Below are positions 11,578-22,300 of a stretch of 64,000 nucleotides of DNA, in pieces. Numbering within the stretch: the first letter of the stretch is position 1; every line of letters starts with the position of its first letter. Made by a program: the position numbers and the translations under genes. This DNA comes from Tepidiformaceae bacterium. Its GTDB lineage: Bacteria > Chloroflexota > Dehalococcoidia > Tepidiformales > Tepidiformaceae. Location: the NCBI GenBank assembly GCA_045562595.1, contig JBJKVN010000004.1, forward strand, positions 41,460-105,459, given 5' to 3'. The notes below the pieces were generated by a model. That model was not told the DNA's origin. It did no database searches and saw nothing but the letters and a program-made list of their open reading frames with translations.

Positions 11578-12864
11578 TTAAATTCTCTCAGCTTCATCTA
11601 TCACCTCAGCAAGATGCATAATTTTAGCTGAAAGTGACCCTTCTCGTTTAGCGGCCTCAAATTGCATTAAACACCCCGGGTTCGTAGTTACAATTACGTC
11701 GGCATTTGCTTCTTGAAAGGCTTCTGTTTTCCGTTTCCTTAGTGCTCCAGACATTTCTGGTTCAAGGATGCTATATATTCCGGCTGCTCCACAGCAAAGA
11801 TCAGATTCAGTGGTTTCAATTAAGTCACATTGTGGCAGAGATTTTAATAGCGTTCTTGGTTGCTCGCTTATTCCTTGGGCGTGATTTAAATGACAAGCAT
11901 CTTGATAGACAACCTTTTTATTGAAACTTCCTTTACCAATAGGTTCTGCAATTTCAGAAAAATCAAAAATACGTTTTGAAAATAAGGCAGCTCTTTTTGC
12001 ATAAGATTCATCGTTTTCCAAAAGCGTAGCGTACTCTTTGAGTGCTGCTCCGCATCCTGCGGAGTTGATTACGATTGGACCTTCAGTCCTTTCAAAAGCT
12101 GCTATGTTTTCCCGTGCAAGCTTTCTTGCAAAGTCAAGATCTCCATCATGAGCATGTAATGCTCCGCAACATCGCTGTTCTTCAGGTGCGTTAATTGTAA
12201 ATTTTCGATGTTCTAAAACCCGCTTTGTAGCTTCGTGTACCGAACCGAATAGTTCTCCCATTACACAGCCTATGAATAGCTGAGCCATTTTTTCACCTTT
12301 CGTGTCTTTGAAGTGAACCGCTCGTGCAATTTGTGAGCGCTGACCTAGGCTAGAATCTAAAAACGTTAATCGCGTTGAGATTTCAAGGATCTTTAATTTT
12401 CTGAGGTAAGTTCTAAACTTCGATTGTATAAACCACCTAATTGGAGTGAGAACTAATCCGAGTATTGAGGGTCTTGCAATAACGTTTCGTAAAACAAAAC
12501 GTCGTAAGTACAAGCTAAGTTTTTTTGAAGGTTTAGCTTCGCTTATTTGAGCTTTTGCTTGAGTTATAATTGTTCCGTATGGCACTCCGCTTGGACATAC
12601 GGCTTCGCATGCGCGGCATTGTAAACAAAGGTCCCAATGGTTTTGTACTGATTCGGTTAGACTGATTCTACCTTCACCTACTGAGCGTGCTAAATGTATA
12701 CGTCCTCTCGGTGATTCCACCTCAAGGCCAGTAATTAAATAGGTTGGACATGCGTTCACACAGAGACCACAGTGGACGCACTTTGAAAGGTCTTCAGAGC
12801 TAGGTGCTTCTTTTGGTAGGGGCCAAGCATCTTCTTCGTAGAGTGTGATTTTTTCAGATACCAC
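11578..12864 (-). CDS. glcF: Glycolate oxidase iron-sulfur subunit GlcF
   Basis: Two 4Fe-4S motifs (CVHCGLCVNACP, CLQCRACEAVCP) and two CCG domains (QRCCGA, DLCCGAAG). The track start ATG 12909 overlaps glcE by 56 nt. GTG 12864, preceded by AAGGGAG, is the better-supported start. Confidence 0.85.
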   Translation of the reverse strand: MVSEKITLYEEDAWPLPKEAPSSEDLSKCVHCGLCVNACPTYLITGLEVESPRGRIHLARSVGEGRISLTESVQNHWDLCLQCRACEAVCPSGVPYGTIITQAKAQISEAKPSKKLSLYLRRFVLRNVIARPSILGLVLTPIRWFIQSKFRTYLRKLKILEISTRLTFLDSSLGQRSQIARAVHFKDTKGEKMAQLFIGCVMGELFGSVHEATKRVLEHRKFTINAPEEQRCCGALHAHDGDLDFARKLARENIAAFERTEGPIVINSAGCGAALKEYATLLENDESYAKRAALFSKRIFDFSEIAEPIGKGSFNKKVVYQDACHLNHAQGISEQPRTLLKSLPQCDLIETTESDLCCGAAGIYSILEPEMSGALRKRKTEAFQEANADVIVTTNPGCLMQFEAAKREGSLSAKIMHLAEVIDEAERI

Positions 12865-14023
12865 CCAAATATCTCCCTTTGTTAAATCGTCCATTAGGAT
12901 CGTAGACATCTTTGATCTTTTTCATTAAAGCAAAAGATGTTTTTTTTAGTCCCCAAGTATTAATTTTTATGTTTTGGTCTAAAGAGCGCTCAATGATAAT
13001 TATGGCATCAGACACTTCATTTTTCTCACGTAGTGATGCTATTCCAATAGCTGCCCCTGCTTTTTTTGCATTATTTGATTCCCAAGTAGCTCGTATTAAT
13101 CCAGTTAGTGGTCTTACCAGGAGGCTGTCTGGATGTAATTGTTGGAGTTCATTAACAATGAACTCCAATGAGCTATTTGTGCATGAAACTCTTATTGTTA
13201 ATTCGTCCTTTGCTGTGAATCCAAGATCACGTGCCTGCAGGTATAAATCCTCTTTTTCCTCTTTAATTAGTTTCTGATGAAGAATAGTCTGTGTTATTTC
13301 TTGTGTTTGTTCCGACAATCTAAGGAATAGTGTATGTGTCCCATTTTTTATCAGAATATCAGCACATTCAGGCCGAATATCCTTAATAAAGATTTCATCA
13401 ACAATTTTTTTTGCTTCAGAAAAATTAGTAACAGTTGCGCTATAGTCATTTGTCGTAACTATGGGTGTAACACGTAAGGCAACTTCAGTAATTAATCCGA
13501 TTGTTCCAAGAGATCCACACCAGAGTCGCATAAGATCATAACCGGTTACATTTTTTACAACCCTACCTCCAGCGCGGACTATCTCTCCATCAGCCCTTAA
13601 GACAGACATTCCTAAGACCCAATCGCGAGGCGGTCCAAATCTCGATTGTAGTGGTCCTCCAATCCCTACTGCTAAGATTCCTCCGATTGTGGCATTCTCA
13701 TTGTTCGGTGGGTCGATAGGAACCCTTTGTCCAGCTTTTTTTAGCTCGTCCTGGAGTTCTTTCAATGTTGTATTAGAGGATACTAAGACGGTTAAATCTG
13801 CAGGCTCGTGATCGATCTTTTTAGGAAAAGCTCTCTCTAGATATAATGCCGCGAATTTGCCCTCAGGCCTCTCTCCTAATTCTAGCTGTGTCCCTCCCCC
13901 GACTGGTAACAACGTTAGGTTATCCTTGTTTTTTACAATTTTAATAAGGTTTTCCAAGGAGTTTGGCCTATAGACTTCAGTGGCCTGTTTGTTTTTTACG
14001 CAGAATAGTTTAGATCCAGGCAT
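12854..14023 (-). CDS. glcE: Glycolate oxidase FAD-binding subunit GlcE
   Basis: FAD_binding_4-type N-terminus (LLPVGGGTQLELG, NVTGYDLMRL). It sits between glcD and glcF. Confidence 0.8.
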   Translation of the reverse strand: MPGSKLFCVKNKQATEVYRPNSLENLIKIVKNKDNLTLLPVGGGTQLELGERPEGKFAALYLERAFPKKIDHEPADLTVLVSSNTTLKELQDELKKAGQRVPIDPPNNENATIGGILAVGIGGPLQSRFGPPRDWVLGMSVLRADGEIVRAGGRVVKNVTGYDLMRLWCGSLGTIGLITEVALRVTPIVTTNDYSATVTNFSEAKKIVDEIFIKDIRPECADILIKNGTHTLFLRLSEQTQEITQTILHQKLIKEEKEDLYLQARDLGFTAKDELTIRVSCTNSSLEFIVNELQQLHPDSLLVRPLTGLIRATWESNNAKKAGAAIGIASLREKNEVSDAIIIIERSLDQNIKINTWGLKKTSFALMKKIKDVYDPNGRFNKGRYLGGI

Positions 14024-15449
14024 CAGGCCCTGCTGCAGAAACTGCTTTTGGAATATTTGCTATTTCTCCACAACCACTACCTTCTGGAAGAATTTTGCAA
14101 GGATTGAACATTCCTAAATTGCCAAATACTGTGCGCACACTTCTCATATTTTCAATATCTGTTTCGTTATACAACCAAGGCATAAACCTTTGTTTTTCGT
14201 AGCCAACGCCATGTTCTCCACTAAGCGTTCCCCCGACAGCAACGCATACGCTCATAATTTCAGCACCTGCTTGTAAAACCTTTTCGGTTGTACCAGGAAT
14301 TCTTTCGTCAAACAGTAAATTAGGATGTAGATTTCCATCACCAGCATGGAAAACATTAGCTACAGGAAAACCAAAGCGGTTACTAATCTCACTGACCTTT
14401 AACATTGTCTCTACTAATTTTGATCTAGGTACCACGCCGTCTAGAATGTAGTAATTCGGTGCTATACGTCCCAAAGCACCTATTGCACCTTTTCTTCCTT
14501 TCCATAACAATTCACGTTCAGTGCTACTTTGTGCTTTACGAATTTCAGTAGCCCTCTGGTCTAGGCAGGCTTCCTCAGCTTGTTTAATTTGTTTCTCGAC
14601 AACCTGTTCTAACCCATCGAACTCTATAAGCAGTACAGCTTCAGCATCTGGAGGATATCCACAATTTAAACCTGCCTCTGCTGCTTGTAAGGTAACTTTA
14701 TCAATTAATTCTAGGGCAGCTGGAATTAATCCACCTTGAATTATGCCAGAGACCGCGCGACAAGCATCTTCAATATTATTGAAAATGGCTAACATAGTTG
14801 TAACACTTGCAGGAAGAGGCAAAAGTTTAACAATAATTTTTGTTGTGATTCCCAGTGTTCCTTCAGAACCAATAAACAGTCCTCTAAGATCAAAACCTGC
14901 AGATTCTGGTGTTTTTCCACCCAGCCACATAGTTTCACCATTTGCGGTAACAATTTCCATCCCTAGGACGTGGTTAGTAGTTACACCTAATGCTAAGCAA
15001 TGTGGACCTCCTGCATTTTCAGCGATGTTTCCTCCTATAGTGCAGGCTTTCTGTGAACTTGGGTCTGGTGCATAAAATAAACCATGTTTTGCTGCTGAGC
15101 TCGTAAGATCTATGTTAGGTACCCCTGGTTCAACTATTGCTATTCTGTTGATTGGATCGATTTCAAGGATTTTACGTAGTCTTGCCATTCCGACTATGAT
15201 GCCTCCTTTTGCCGCAACTGCTCCGCCACTTAACCCAGTTCCCGCTCCCCGAGGAGTTATAGGAACCTCAAAATCTTTACTTAGTTGAACAATTTCCTCA
15301 ATTTCTTTGGCACAGGAAGGGAATACCACAAGGTCCGGTAAATTTCTCTCCACCGTCCCATCCATTTCATACGGGATGAGGTCTTCTGTTTTGTAAAGAA
15401 CGTGTTCTTTACCTACTATTCGCTGGAGCTTTTTGGTAAGTTCTAGCAA
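14010..15449 (-). CDS. glcD: Glycolate oxidase subunit GlcD (FAD-linked oxidase)
   Basis: 479 aa. PRGAGTGLSGGAV, KNVAGYDL-like and SGEHGVG motifs of FAD-linked oxidases. First gene of the glcDEF triplet. Confidence 0.88.
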   Translation of the reverse strand: MLELTKKLQRIVGKEHVLYKTEDLIPYEMDGTVERNLPDLVVFPSCAKEIEEIVQLSKDFEVPITPRGAGTGLSGGAVAAKGGIIVGMARLRKILEIDPINRIAIVEPGVPNIDLTSSAAKHGLFYAPDPSSQKACTIGGNIAENAGGPHCLALGVTTNHVLGMEIVTANGETMWLGGKTPESAGFDLRGLFIGSEGTLGITTKIIVKLLPLPASVTTMLAIFNNIEDACRAVSGIIQGGLIPAALELIDKVTLQAAEAGLNCGYPPDAEAVLLIEFDGLEQVVEKQIKQAEEACLDQRATEIRKAQSSTERELLWKGRKGAIGALGRIAPNYYILDGVVPRSKLVETMLKVSEISNRFGFPVANVFHAGDGNLHPNLLFDERIPGTTEKVLQAGAEIMSVCVAVGGTLSGEHGVGYEKQRFMPWLYNETDIENMRSVRTVFGNLGMFNPCKILPEGSGCGEIANIPKAVSAAGPDAWI

Positions 15450-15457
15450 CCGTTTTT

Positions 15458-15787
15458 CTACCAGATGCCTAACGCCATTTGTACATCTTCGCTGGCCATT
15501 TCTTTAGGATCCCACGGGGGTGTCCATACGATCTGAACATCTACATCGTTTACTCCGGGCACACGGATAAGCCTTCCATAAACGCCACCCTTAATAATTG
15601 GTCCCATTGGGCAACCTGGGCTCGTTAAGGTCATTGAGACTATGACCTCCCCATCGTCATAAGCCAAGTCATAGACAAGTCCCAGTTCTACAATACTCAT
15701 ATCGAGCTCAGGATCTTTTACTTCTGTCAACGCTTCCATTAATTCTTCGTTTGTTGGGATTGTTGTTTCTTCAGTTGTTTCGGACAT
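15458..15787 (-). CDS. sufT: DUF59/MIP18-family Fe-S assembly protein (SufT-like)
   Basis: 109 aa. VKDPELDMSIVELGLVYD...TLTSPGCPM is the DUF59 signature. It lies directly downstream of sufCBD, with a GAGGG SD. Confidence 0.85.
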   Translation of the reverse strand: MSETTEETTIPTNEELMEALTEVKDPELDMSIVELGLVYDLAYDDGEVIVSMTLTSPGCPMGPIIKGGVYGRLIRVPGVNDVDVQIVWTPPWDPKEMASEDVQMALGIW

Positions 15788-15829
15788 ATTTCCCTCTTAG
15801 TGGCTAAGAATTTTTGATTTGCTATTGAT

Positions 15830-17143
15830 TTACTTTACTGTGTTATCCCTACTCTCGACTAGCCCCTCAAGTTCTTGGCGGAGTTGTTCATCGGGAACGC
15901 GGTCCAGAACTTCAAGAAAAAATCCTCGAATTAGCAAATCTGTAGCTTCTGCTAAGGTCAGTCCTCTGGATCGTAAGTAAAAGAGTTGATCATCTTCTAC
16001 GGGACCTACAGTAGCGCCATGACTCACCCTCTGTACATCATTTGTAAGGATTTCCAAAACCGGATCACTATCTGCTTGGGCAGTAGGACTTAATAACAGA
16101 TTACGATTTTGTTGATTTGCACTAGAATTACGTGCGTTTTCTCCAATGCGCGTAATTCCATAGTACACAGATTTACTAGTTCCACCGAGTGCTGATTTAA
16201 ACAATAAGTCACTAAAAGTATCTTCTCCAACATGATCTTGTAATGTGTAGAAATCAATATGTTCTACACCTTTACCCATACCAGTTCCATATCCTGCTCC
16301 GAAGAGCTCACTAGCGGAACCTCGCCCTTTTAATGTTGTTCCAATGTGTTGTTTAACCGTTTTTCCACTTATTGCCAAACTCAAGCTTTTTATCTGTGAG
16401 TTATCTTCCGTGATTGTTTGCTGGGCTCCAAAGGATTCCGTCTTACTGCCCCAACGGTGAACTGTGGTGTAGTTAACCGTTGCACCAGGGCCAGCAAAAA
16501 TTTCGACAATTGGAGTAGCAATTAAAGGAACATTTGTGGAAAAAAACTGTTCTATTATCTCAACATTGCTGTTTGCTCCCGCGACGATAACTGTATGTGG
16601 CGTTGCAAACTGTTTTGTTGTGTACCTATGTTCTACTCGAATTGGTTTGTCTAATTTCGTATCTGCACTGATTTCAATGACAGCGACATCTTGTAGATAT
16701 GCATAGTGGAGGGCCGTTAAACGGTTAGTGTCTGGCTGTACAGCTTGACCTAGAAGACTGGTGTCGGTAGAGCTTAAGTCAAGACCTTTTTGATAGGATT
16801 CGTTATGAATTACGATTCCGTTGTTTAGTTCAATACTACCGGCAGAGTTTCCGGTTTCTGAAACCTTAATTTTCTGATATTCGTCGCTCACAACGACTGG
16901 GTAGTCTTCTACATCTAGCTGGCTAATGTCTAAGTATTTCCATGGTCGCTCATTTTGCGAAGATGGCATTTGTAGCTTACCGCTCAAATCAAGCGCATCA
17001 GAACGTAGTACTGAGAGGTAGTCACTATCCTTAGAGCCTAATAGTTGGCTTGTTTTAGGCGTGATAGGTTTTTTTAACGGTTCTATTTTTGATGTAGTCG
17101 CCACCCGATATTTACCCGATAGCTCCTTCCATCTGGAGCTCAA
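15830..17143 (-). CDS. sufD: Fe-S cluster assembly protein SufD
   Basis: 437 aa with a C-terminal SufB/SufD beta-helix region ([24 protein letters not shown]). The track start overlaps sufB by 32 nt. GTG 17104 is an alternative start. Confidence 0.85.
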   Translation of the reverse strand: MSSRWKELSGKYRVATTSKIEPLKKPITPKTSQLLGSKDSDYLSVLRSDALDLSGKLQMPSSQNERPWKYLDISQLDVEDYPVVVSDEYQKIKVSETGNSAGSIELNNGIVIHNESYQKGLDLSSTDTSLLGQAVQPDTNRLTALHYAYLQDVAVIEISADTKLDKPIRVEHRYTTKQFATPHTVIVAGANSNVEIIEQFFSTNVPLIATPIVEIFAGPGATVNYTTVHRWGSKTESFGAQQTITEDNSQIKSLSLAISGKTVKQHIGTTLKGRGSASELFGAGYGTGMGKGVEHIDFYTLQDHVGEDTFSDLLFKSALGGTSKSVYYGITRIGENARNSSANQQNRNLLLSPTAQADSDPVLEILTNDVQRVSHGATVGPVEDDQLFYLRSRGLTLAEATDLLIRGFFLEVLDRVPDEQLRQELEGLVESRDNTVK

Positions 17144-18518
17144 TAAGCCGATTTAGCTCAACTGCATATTCCATTGGTAGTTCTTTAACTATAGGTTCTA
17201 CGAAACCATTAACTATCATTTTCGCAGCTTCATCCTCGGTCAAACCTCTTGATTGCAGATAGAAAAGTTGATCCTCACTTAATTTTGAGACATAGGCTTC
17301 ATGTTCAATTCCTACTTCAGGGGCATCTACTTCCATCGTTGGGTACGTGTCTGAGCGTGAGTCTTCATCAAGAAGGAGTGCGTCACAACGAACGCTTGCG
17401 CGAACATCATTGCAGCCTTCGTAAACCTTTAGCAATCCTCGATAACTTGTACGTCCCCCATTTTTACTTAATGATTTTGATACAACGGACGAAGTAGTAT
17501 GTGGTGCCATATGAACAATTTTTCCGCCAGCATCTTGATGTTGACCTGCTCCCGCAAAAGCGAGTGAAAGAATTTCACCATGGGCTCCGGGTTCCATCAA
17601 GAAGACACTTGGGAATTTGGTGGTTAGTTTGGATCCTAGGTTACCATCTACCCATTCCATTACAGCGTTTTCATAAGCTGCTGCTCGCTTTGTCACTAGG
17701 TTATAAACATTGTTGGACCAGTTTTGGATGGTCGTATAGCGGACACGCGCATTTTTCTTCACAACGATTTCAACTACGGCGCTGTGAAGCGAGTCACTGC
17801 TGTAAGTGGGAGCAGTACAACCTTCAACATAGTGTACTTGGCTACCTTCATCAGCAATGATTAATGTACGCTCAAATTGCCCCATATTTTCGGTGTTAAT
17901 GCGGAAGTACGCCTGTAAAGGTATATCGACCTTCACACCTTTCGGGACGTAAATGAATGATCCCCCCGACCAGACTGCGCTGTTCAAAGCCGAGTATTTG
18001 TTATCTCCAGGTGGGATGACTCGTCCGAAGTGTTCCTTAACGATATCTTCGTATTCTGCCAAGCCTTGATCCATACCAAGAAACACGACTCCGAGCTTCT
18101 CTAAGTCCTCTCGTATGTTGTGGTAAACAACTTCAGAATCATACTGCGCCCCGACTCCAGCCAAGTATTTTTTCTCTGCTTCTGGAATCCCTAATTTGTC
18201 AAATGTATCACGTATGTAATCTGGCACATCATCCCAGTCTTTTTCGTCTCTATCTGTTGCGCGTACATAGTAGTGGATGTTATCAAAATCTATAGTCTCT
18301 AATAATTCACTACCCCATGAAGGATTCTTTTTTTCCAAAAATAAATCAAGTGAACGGAGACGAAAATCAAGCATCCATTGGGGCTCATTTTTCATTTTAG
18401 AAATCGTTTTTACAATTTCAGGAGTTAACCCTTTGTTTGCTTTGAAAAGTGCCTCTTCTTCATCATGGAAGCCCCATTCATAATCATCATTTTTTATTGT
18501 TTCTGTTTTATTCGACAT
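17112..18518 (-). CDS. sufB: Fe-S cluster assembly scaffold SufB
   Basis: 468 aa. YEWGFHD..., [33 protein letters not shown] are typical SufB blocks. Confidence 0.95.
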   Translation of the reverse strand: MSNKTETIKNDDYEWGFHDEEEALFKANKGLTPEIVKTISKMKNEPQWMLDFRLRSLDLFLEKKNPSWGSELLETIDFDNIHYYVRATDRDEKDWDDVPDYIRDTFDKLGIPEAEKKYLAGVGAQYDSEVVYHNIREDLEKLGVVFLGMDQGLAEYEDIVKEHFGRVIPPGDNKYSALNSAVWSGGSFIYVPKGVKVDIPLQAYFRINTENMGQFERTLIIADEGSQVHYVEGCTAPTYSSDSLHSAVVEIVVKKNARVRYTTIQNWSNNVYNLVTKRAAAYENAVMEWVDGNLGSKLTTKFPSVFLMEPGAHGEILSLAFAGAGQHQDAGGKIVHMAPHTTSSVVSKSLSKNGGRTSYRGLLKVYEGCNDVRASVRCDALLLDEDSRSDTYPTMEVDAPEVGIEHEAYVSKLSEDQLFYLQSRGLTEDEAAKMIVNGFVEPIVKELPMEYAVELNRLIELQMEGAIG

Positions 18519-18524
18519 TTTAAC

Positions 18525-19280
18525 CTATTCACTTGATATTTTAGCAGGTTCAAGAGCATCATACCCACTTTTTTCTAATTCTTCTGCTAACTCTGGGCCG
18601 CCGGTTTTAACAATTTTCCCATCAATCAACACATGAACAAATTGTGGCTTTATGTAATCTAGTAAACGCTGGTAGTGAGTAATCAGAAGCAATCCCATAT
18701 CTGGGTTCATAATCGAATTGACGCCATCAGCTACGGTCCGCAAGGCATCAATATCAAGACCTGAATCTGTTTCATCTAGAACAGCAAGACTTGGTTTCAG
18801 CATGGCTAATTGTAGCATTTCTGTACGTTTTTTTTCGCCCCCACTAAAGCCATCATTAAGGTATCTACGTGCAAATTCCCGGTCCATACTTAATGAATCC
18901 ATATGATTGAATAATTCTTCACGGAATTCTCTAATTGGGAGATCTTTTCCCCGTACTGCATTTACAGCTTGCCGTAAAAAGTTGACTACAGTAACGCCAG
19001 GAACCGCTACCGGATATTGAAATGCTAGAAACAAACCTAGCCGCGCCCGCTGGTCTGGGCTCATTGCCTTTATGGACTGTCCTTCAAAAAGAATATCTCC
19101 GTCCGTGATCTGGTAGCTAGGATTTCCTGCAATTGTGTTAGCTAGCGTACTTTTTCCCGAACCGTTAGGTCCCATAATTGCATGAATTTCCCCAGGGTTA
19201 ATTGTTAGGGAAAGGCCGTTTAAGATTTTAATTTCACCAGTATTCGTATGAAGTGACTGGATTTCTAACAGGGGACTCAT
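18525..19280 (-). CDS. sufC: Fe-S cluster assembly ATPase SufC
   Basis: 251 aa. Walker [13 protein letters not shown] signature FSGGEKKR, Walker [13 protein letters not shown]. Confidence 0.95.
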   Translation of the reverse strand: MSPLLEIQSLHTNTGEIKILNGLSLTINPGEIHAIMGPNGSGKSTLANTIAGNPSYQITDGDILFEGQSIKAMSPDQRARLGLFLAFQYPVAVPGVTVVNFLRQAVNAVRGKDLPIREFREELFNHMDSLSMDREFARRYLNDGFSGGEKKRTEMLQLAMLKPSLAVLDETDSGLDIDALRTVADGVNSIMNPDMGLLLITHYQRLLDYIKPQFVHVLIDGKIVKTGGPELAEELEKSGYDALEPAKISSE

Positions 19281-19377
19281 ACACCTACCTATTACTGGCC
19301 CACTGGGCGAATTACTTAGTGTTAATGTAACACTTACATCCTAGCACACTAGTTGCTTATGTTAGATGTGTGCATTT

Positions 19378-19743
19378 CTAATGTTCGCCTTCAATAATTT
19401 GCTCAGTAATTTCTAACAATTCTCTATCATTCTCATCTATTTTTTTGTATTGAGATACGGTATATCCACCATATTTTTCAACCAAGTAATGGTCATCGTC
19501 GATAATTACATCAGGCTGTGGTTGTACTTTTGGACTTTTGTCATGACAATCTGTTACCCAGTTGGTAAGACCATGTTGTTCAACTATGCGTTCGCAGTAG
19601 GTTTTCCCCCCCGCAGACCAAACATGTACTTCGTTGCCTAGCTCACTCAGTTTTTGCATGGAGATATGTGCGCCAGGGCGCAAAACACTATAGTCCTTTG
19701 TGTTAAGGAGGAGAGTGTGGTCTACATCAAAGAAAATATTCAC
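19378..19743 (-). CDS. Small HAD-superfamily phosphatase-like protein (121 aa)
   Basis: GTG start abuts the stop of the preceding ORF. HAD motif I FFDVDHT, motif II VWSAG and motif IV IIDDD are recognisable. There is no cap domain. Confidence 0.6.
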   Translation of the reverse strand: MNIFFDVDHTLLLNTKDYSVLRPGAHISMQKLSELGNEVHVWSAGGKTYCERIVEQHGLTNWVTDCHDKSPKVQPQPDVIIDDDHYLVEKYGGYTVSQYKKIDENDRELLEITEQIIEGEH

Positions 19744-20166
19744 TTAGGCATCAACTATTGTTAAGCCCCAAACAGGTCGATAACGCCAAGTGCGGAGGCC
19801 TTTAATTGGGATATCAAATTTTTTGCAGAGTTTTTTTGTATTTTGCACATAGCCTGTTGGCACATAGAGTAGCAATTCGCCCATTGAAGCATAGGGTTTC
19901 CAGATATTGATCGCAGTTTCCTCAGTTATGGAGTCCGCAGTTTCAACCTGTGCGATTAGTTGAAGCCAATTACCTGGACGGCGTACAACCACTATGTCTG
20001 GATAAACTGCTTCGCCATTGATTTCACCAGCTGACATACGTGTGGTTGGTTTATTTGTGAAAGTCTCAAATGTTGGATGATTTTCATCTGGATAATTTAA
20101 GCGTTCGCCTGCAATTTCCTCTACTATTTTTTGATGACGTTGATTACGAAGATATTCAACTGGCAT
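19744..20166 (-). CDS. Hypothetical protein (140 aa), possible PD-(D/E)xK fold
   Basis: Track ORF 19744..20193 (TTG). ATG 20166 lies 10 nt after the BCCP stop, with GAGG 8 nt upstream. YPDIVVV...LIAQVET...LLLYVP resembles a minimal restriction-endonuclease-like core. I recognise no family. Confidence 0.5.
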   Translation of the reverse strand: MPVEYLRNQRHQKIVEEIAGERLNYPDENHPTFETFTNKPTTRMSAGEINGEAVYPDIVVVRRPGNWLQLIAQVETADSITEETAINIWKPYASMGELLLYVPTGYVQNTKKLCKKFDIPIKGLRTWRYRPVWGLTIVDA

Positions 20167-20176
20167 AAATTTCGCC

Positions 20177-20698
20177 TCACTCAATAATGGCAAGTGTTTC
20201 GCCTTCGGCTACTTGCATGCCTTCTTTTACAGGTAGTTCTGTTATTTTACCGGAAGAGGAAGCCTTAATTTCATTTTCCATTTTCATTGCCTCTAACAGT
20301 AGTATTACCTCGCCAGCTTCAATAGTATCTCCTTCGGCAAAGTTTACCTGTAGAATTTTTCCGGCGAGTTCAGACACAATGGCACCTTTCCTTGCGGCTG
20401 ATGCTGTCTTTTTTTTGCTCCGTGTTGTTGGTGTGCTTGGATTTGTAGTGGTTTTAGTAATTGATAGTCCCGATTCAAATTCAAGGACGAAAGGGCGGTG
20501 ATCAACTTCAACTGTCATGCCCGACTTACGTTCATCTTCAGGAGGTAAAGCTACCCTGTATGCCACATCTCCAACTAGAACTGTTACAAATTCCTCCCCT
20601 TTTTCGATACTCACTAGAAATTCGTGGCCGTCCACATTTATCGAGTCGCTTTTAAGTTCGACTTCATAATCTCTTGCTCCAATTGTAACTTTCGTCAT
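20177..20698 (-). CDS. Biotin carboxyl carrier protein (1.3S/OadA-C-terminal-like biotinyl domain protein)
   Basis: C-terminal biotinyl domain with the EAMKMENEI biotinylation motif. The N-terminal ~90 aa resemble an OadA/PycB association region, followed by a Thr/Pro/Lys linker. ATG 20698 follows the upstream TAA by 2 nt. The 5' extension of the track ORF is an overlap artefact. Confidence 0.85.
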   Translation of the reverse strand: MTKVTIGARDYEVELKSDSINVDGHEFLVSIEKGEEFVTVLVGDVAYRVALPPEDERKSGMTVEVDHRPFVLEFESGLSITKTTTNPSTPTTRSKKKTASAARKGAIVSELAGKILQVNFAEGDTIEAGEVILLLEAMKMENEIKASSSGKITELPVKEGMQVAEGETLAIIE

Positions 20699-20700
20699 AC

Positions 20701-22188
20701 TTATCTCATCTGCCGCATACGCCCAAAGGAGCGCCATTGATTTCCTTGGATAATTTCTGGATTGCTTTCGGTATTTTGTGCTGCTGGCTCGCGTTCTTTT
20801 TCAGTTAATGCAGCTACTACTGCGGCTACAAGTTCCCTTTCTGGCCCCCCGCCCTCACGACGCCACTCCATAAATTCTTTGGCTGGAGCCGGGAACATTA
20901 CATAACTCAGAACATCTTCGGGGCTTTCAGCTAAATCTTCAATTTCCTTTGTTGCTTTTTCCATCTCGGGTTCAAGATCGTCAGCTGGCCTGTGTGTGAT
21001 TGCGGTTTCATTATTAAGGATTTTCTCAAGAGTTTCTTTTGCAATTGGTGTTGCGGTTTTTCCATACATTCCAGCTGCCAAATTTCTTGTCTCTCGTGTT
21101 ACATTTCCATACCTTTTCCCTGTCAAAACATTAAGTACTGCTTGCGTTCCCACTATTTGTGAACTTGGTGTTACTAGTGGTGGATAGCCTAAATCAGCTC
21201 GTACTTTTGCATTTTCATCCAAAACTTCTTGTAGACGATCTTCTGCGCCTTGGGCCCGTAATTGTCCAACTAAGTTCGAAATCATTCCACCAGGAACTTG
21301 GTGTCTTAGAACTCCCGTATCAATACCTAGTAGGTGACTTTCATGTTTCCAGTACCGTTTACGAATTTCTTTGAAGTAATCTGCTGTTGTTGACAAGTGT
21401 TCGAGCTCAAGGCCTGTAGATAACTCGGGGTCTTCATCAAGCGCAGCAACAAGTGTTTCGGTCGCTGGTTGTGATGTCCCGCCTGCTAGTGAACTTATCG
21501 CACAATCAATAACATCAGCTCCAGCTTTTACAGCCATCAAATAAGTCATTTCGGAGTAACCAGATGTGTCATGACAGTGTAATTGGAGAGGTATATCTGG
21601 GTGTGCACTTTTTATTCTTGTAGTTAATTGTTCGGCGGCTATTGGGCTTAACAAACCTGCCATGTCTTTTATACAAAGGGAATCAGCTCCCATTTCGACT
21701 AGTTTATCGGCAAGTGTGCCAAAGCTTTCAACAGTGTGAACGGGACTGGTTGTATAACATAGGGTGCCTTGAACGTGCCCCCCAGCCTTCTGCACGGCTT
21801 CAAACGCAGTCTCAAGATTGCGTGTGTCATTTAGAGCATCAAATATACGGAAAATATCCATACCATTTTCAACCGCACGTTCGCAGAATTCGTAAATCAC
21901 ATCATCGGCATAATGACGATAGCCCACTGCATTTTGCCCACGAAGCAACATTTGTGTAGGTGTTTTTTTAAGACGTGCTTTTACTTCTCGCAACCTAACC
22001 CAAGGATCTTCCTTGAGAAACCGCATTGCCGTATCAAAGGTTGCTCCACCCCAGCATTCAATACTGTGATAACCAGCCTCATCCATTTGCTCTAATGCAG
22101 GAATCATGTCTTCCGTACGCATTCGGGTCGCTAGCAGAGATTGATGTCCATCTCTAATTGCTGTTTCGGTGATATGAACCTTGCCCAT
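20701..22188 (-). CDS. Oxaloacetate decarboxylase alpha / pyruvate carboxylase subunit B-type carboxyltransferase (5S-like), without biotinyl domain
   Basis: 495 aa. ITETAIRDGHQSL, HCHDTSG and the HMGL-like TIM barrel plus PYC_OADA region. It ends before any biotinyl domain. Confidence 0.88.
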   Translation of the reverse strand: MGKVHITETAIRDGHQSLLATRMRTEDMIPALEQMDEAGYHSIECWGGATFDTAMRFLKEDPWVRLREVKARLKKTPTQMLLRGQNAVGYRHYADDVIYEFCERAVENGMDIFRIFDALNDTRNLETAFEAVQKAGGHVQGTLCYTTSPVHTVESFGTLADKLVEMGADSLCIKDMAGLLSPIAAEQLTTRIKSAHPDIPLQLHCHDTSGYSEMTYLMAVKAGADVIDCAISSLAGGTSQPATETLVAALDEDPELSTGLELEHLSTTADYFKEIRKRYWKHESHLLGIDTGVLRHQVPGGMISNLVGQLRAQGAEDRLQEVLDENAKVRADLGYPPLVTPSSQIVGTQAVLNVLTGKRYGNVTRETRNLAAGMYGKTATPIAKETLEKILNNETAITHRPADDLEPEMEKATKEIEDLAESPEDVLSYVMFPAPAKEFMEWRREGGGPERELVAAVVAALTEKEREPAAQNTESNPEIIQGNQWRSFGRMRQMR

Positions 22189-22300
22189 CCGAACTAACCC
22201 TTTCCAACATGTAAAGAGGATGATTCATGCATGCTATACCAAGCTGCTCCTATGTACCCAAAATGCTCTAGGCCGTAAATATTTTTTAGTGTGTTAGCCA

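Noticed and set aside
20696-20737. Possibility that the 5S carboxyltransferase and the biotin carrier are one gene (PycB/OadA-alpha with a C-terminal biotinyl domain) broken by a mutation.
   Set aside because: The 5S frame ends at a clean TAA (20701..20703). It is followed 2 nt later by an in-phase ATG that opens the carrier ORF, which is a normal coupled junction. No frame change is needed, and the overlap in the track comes only from an upstream alternative start.
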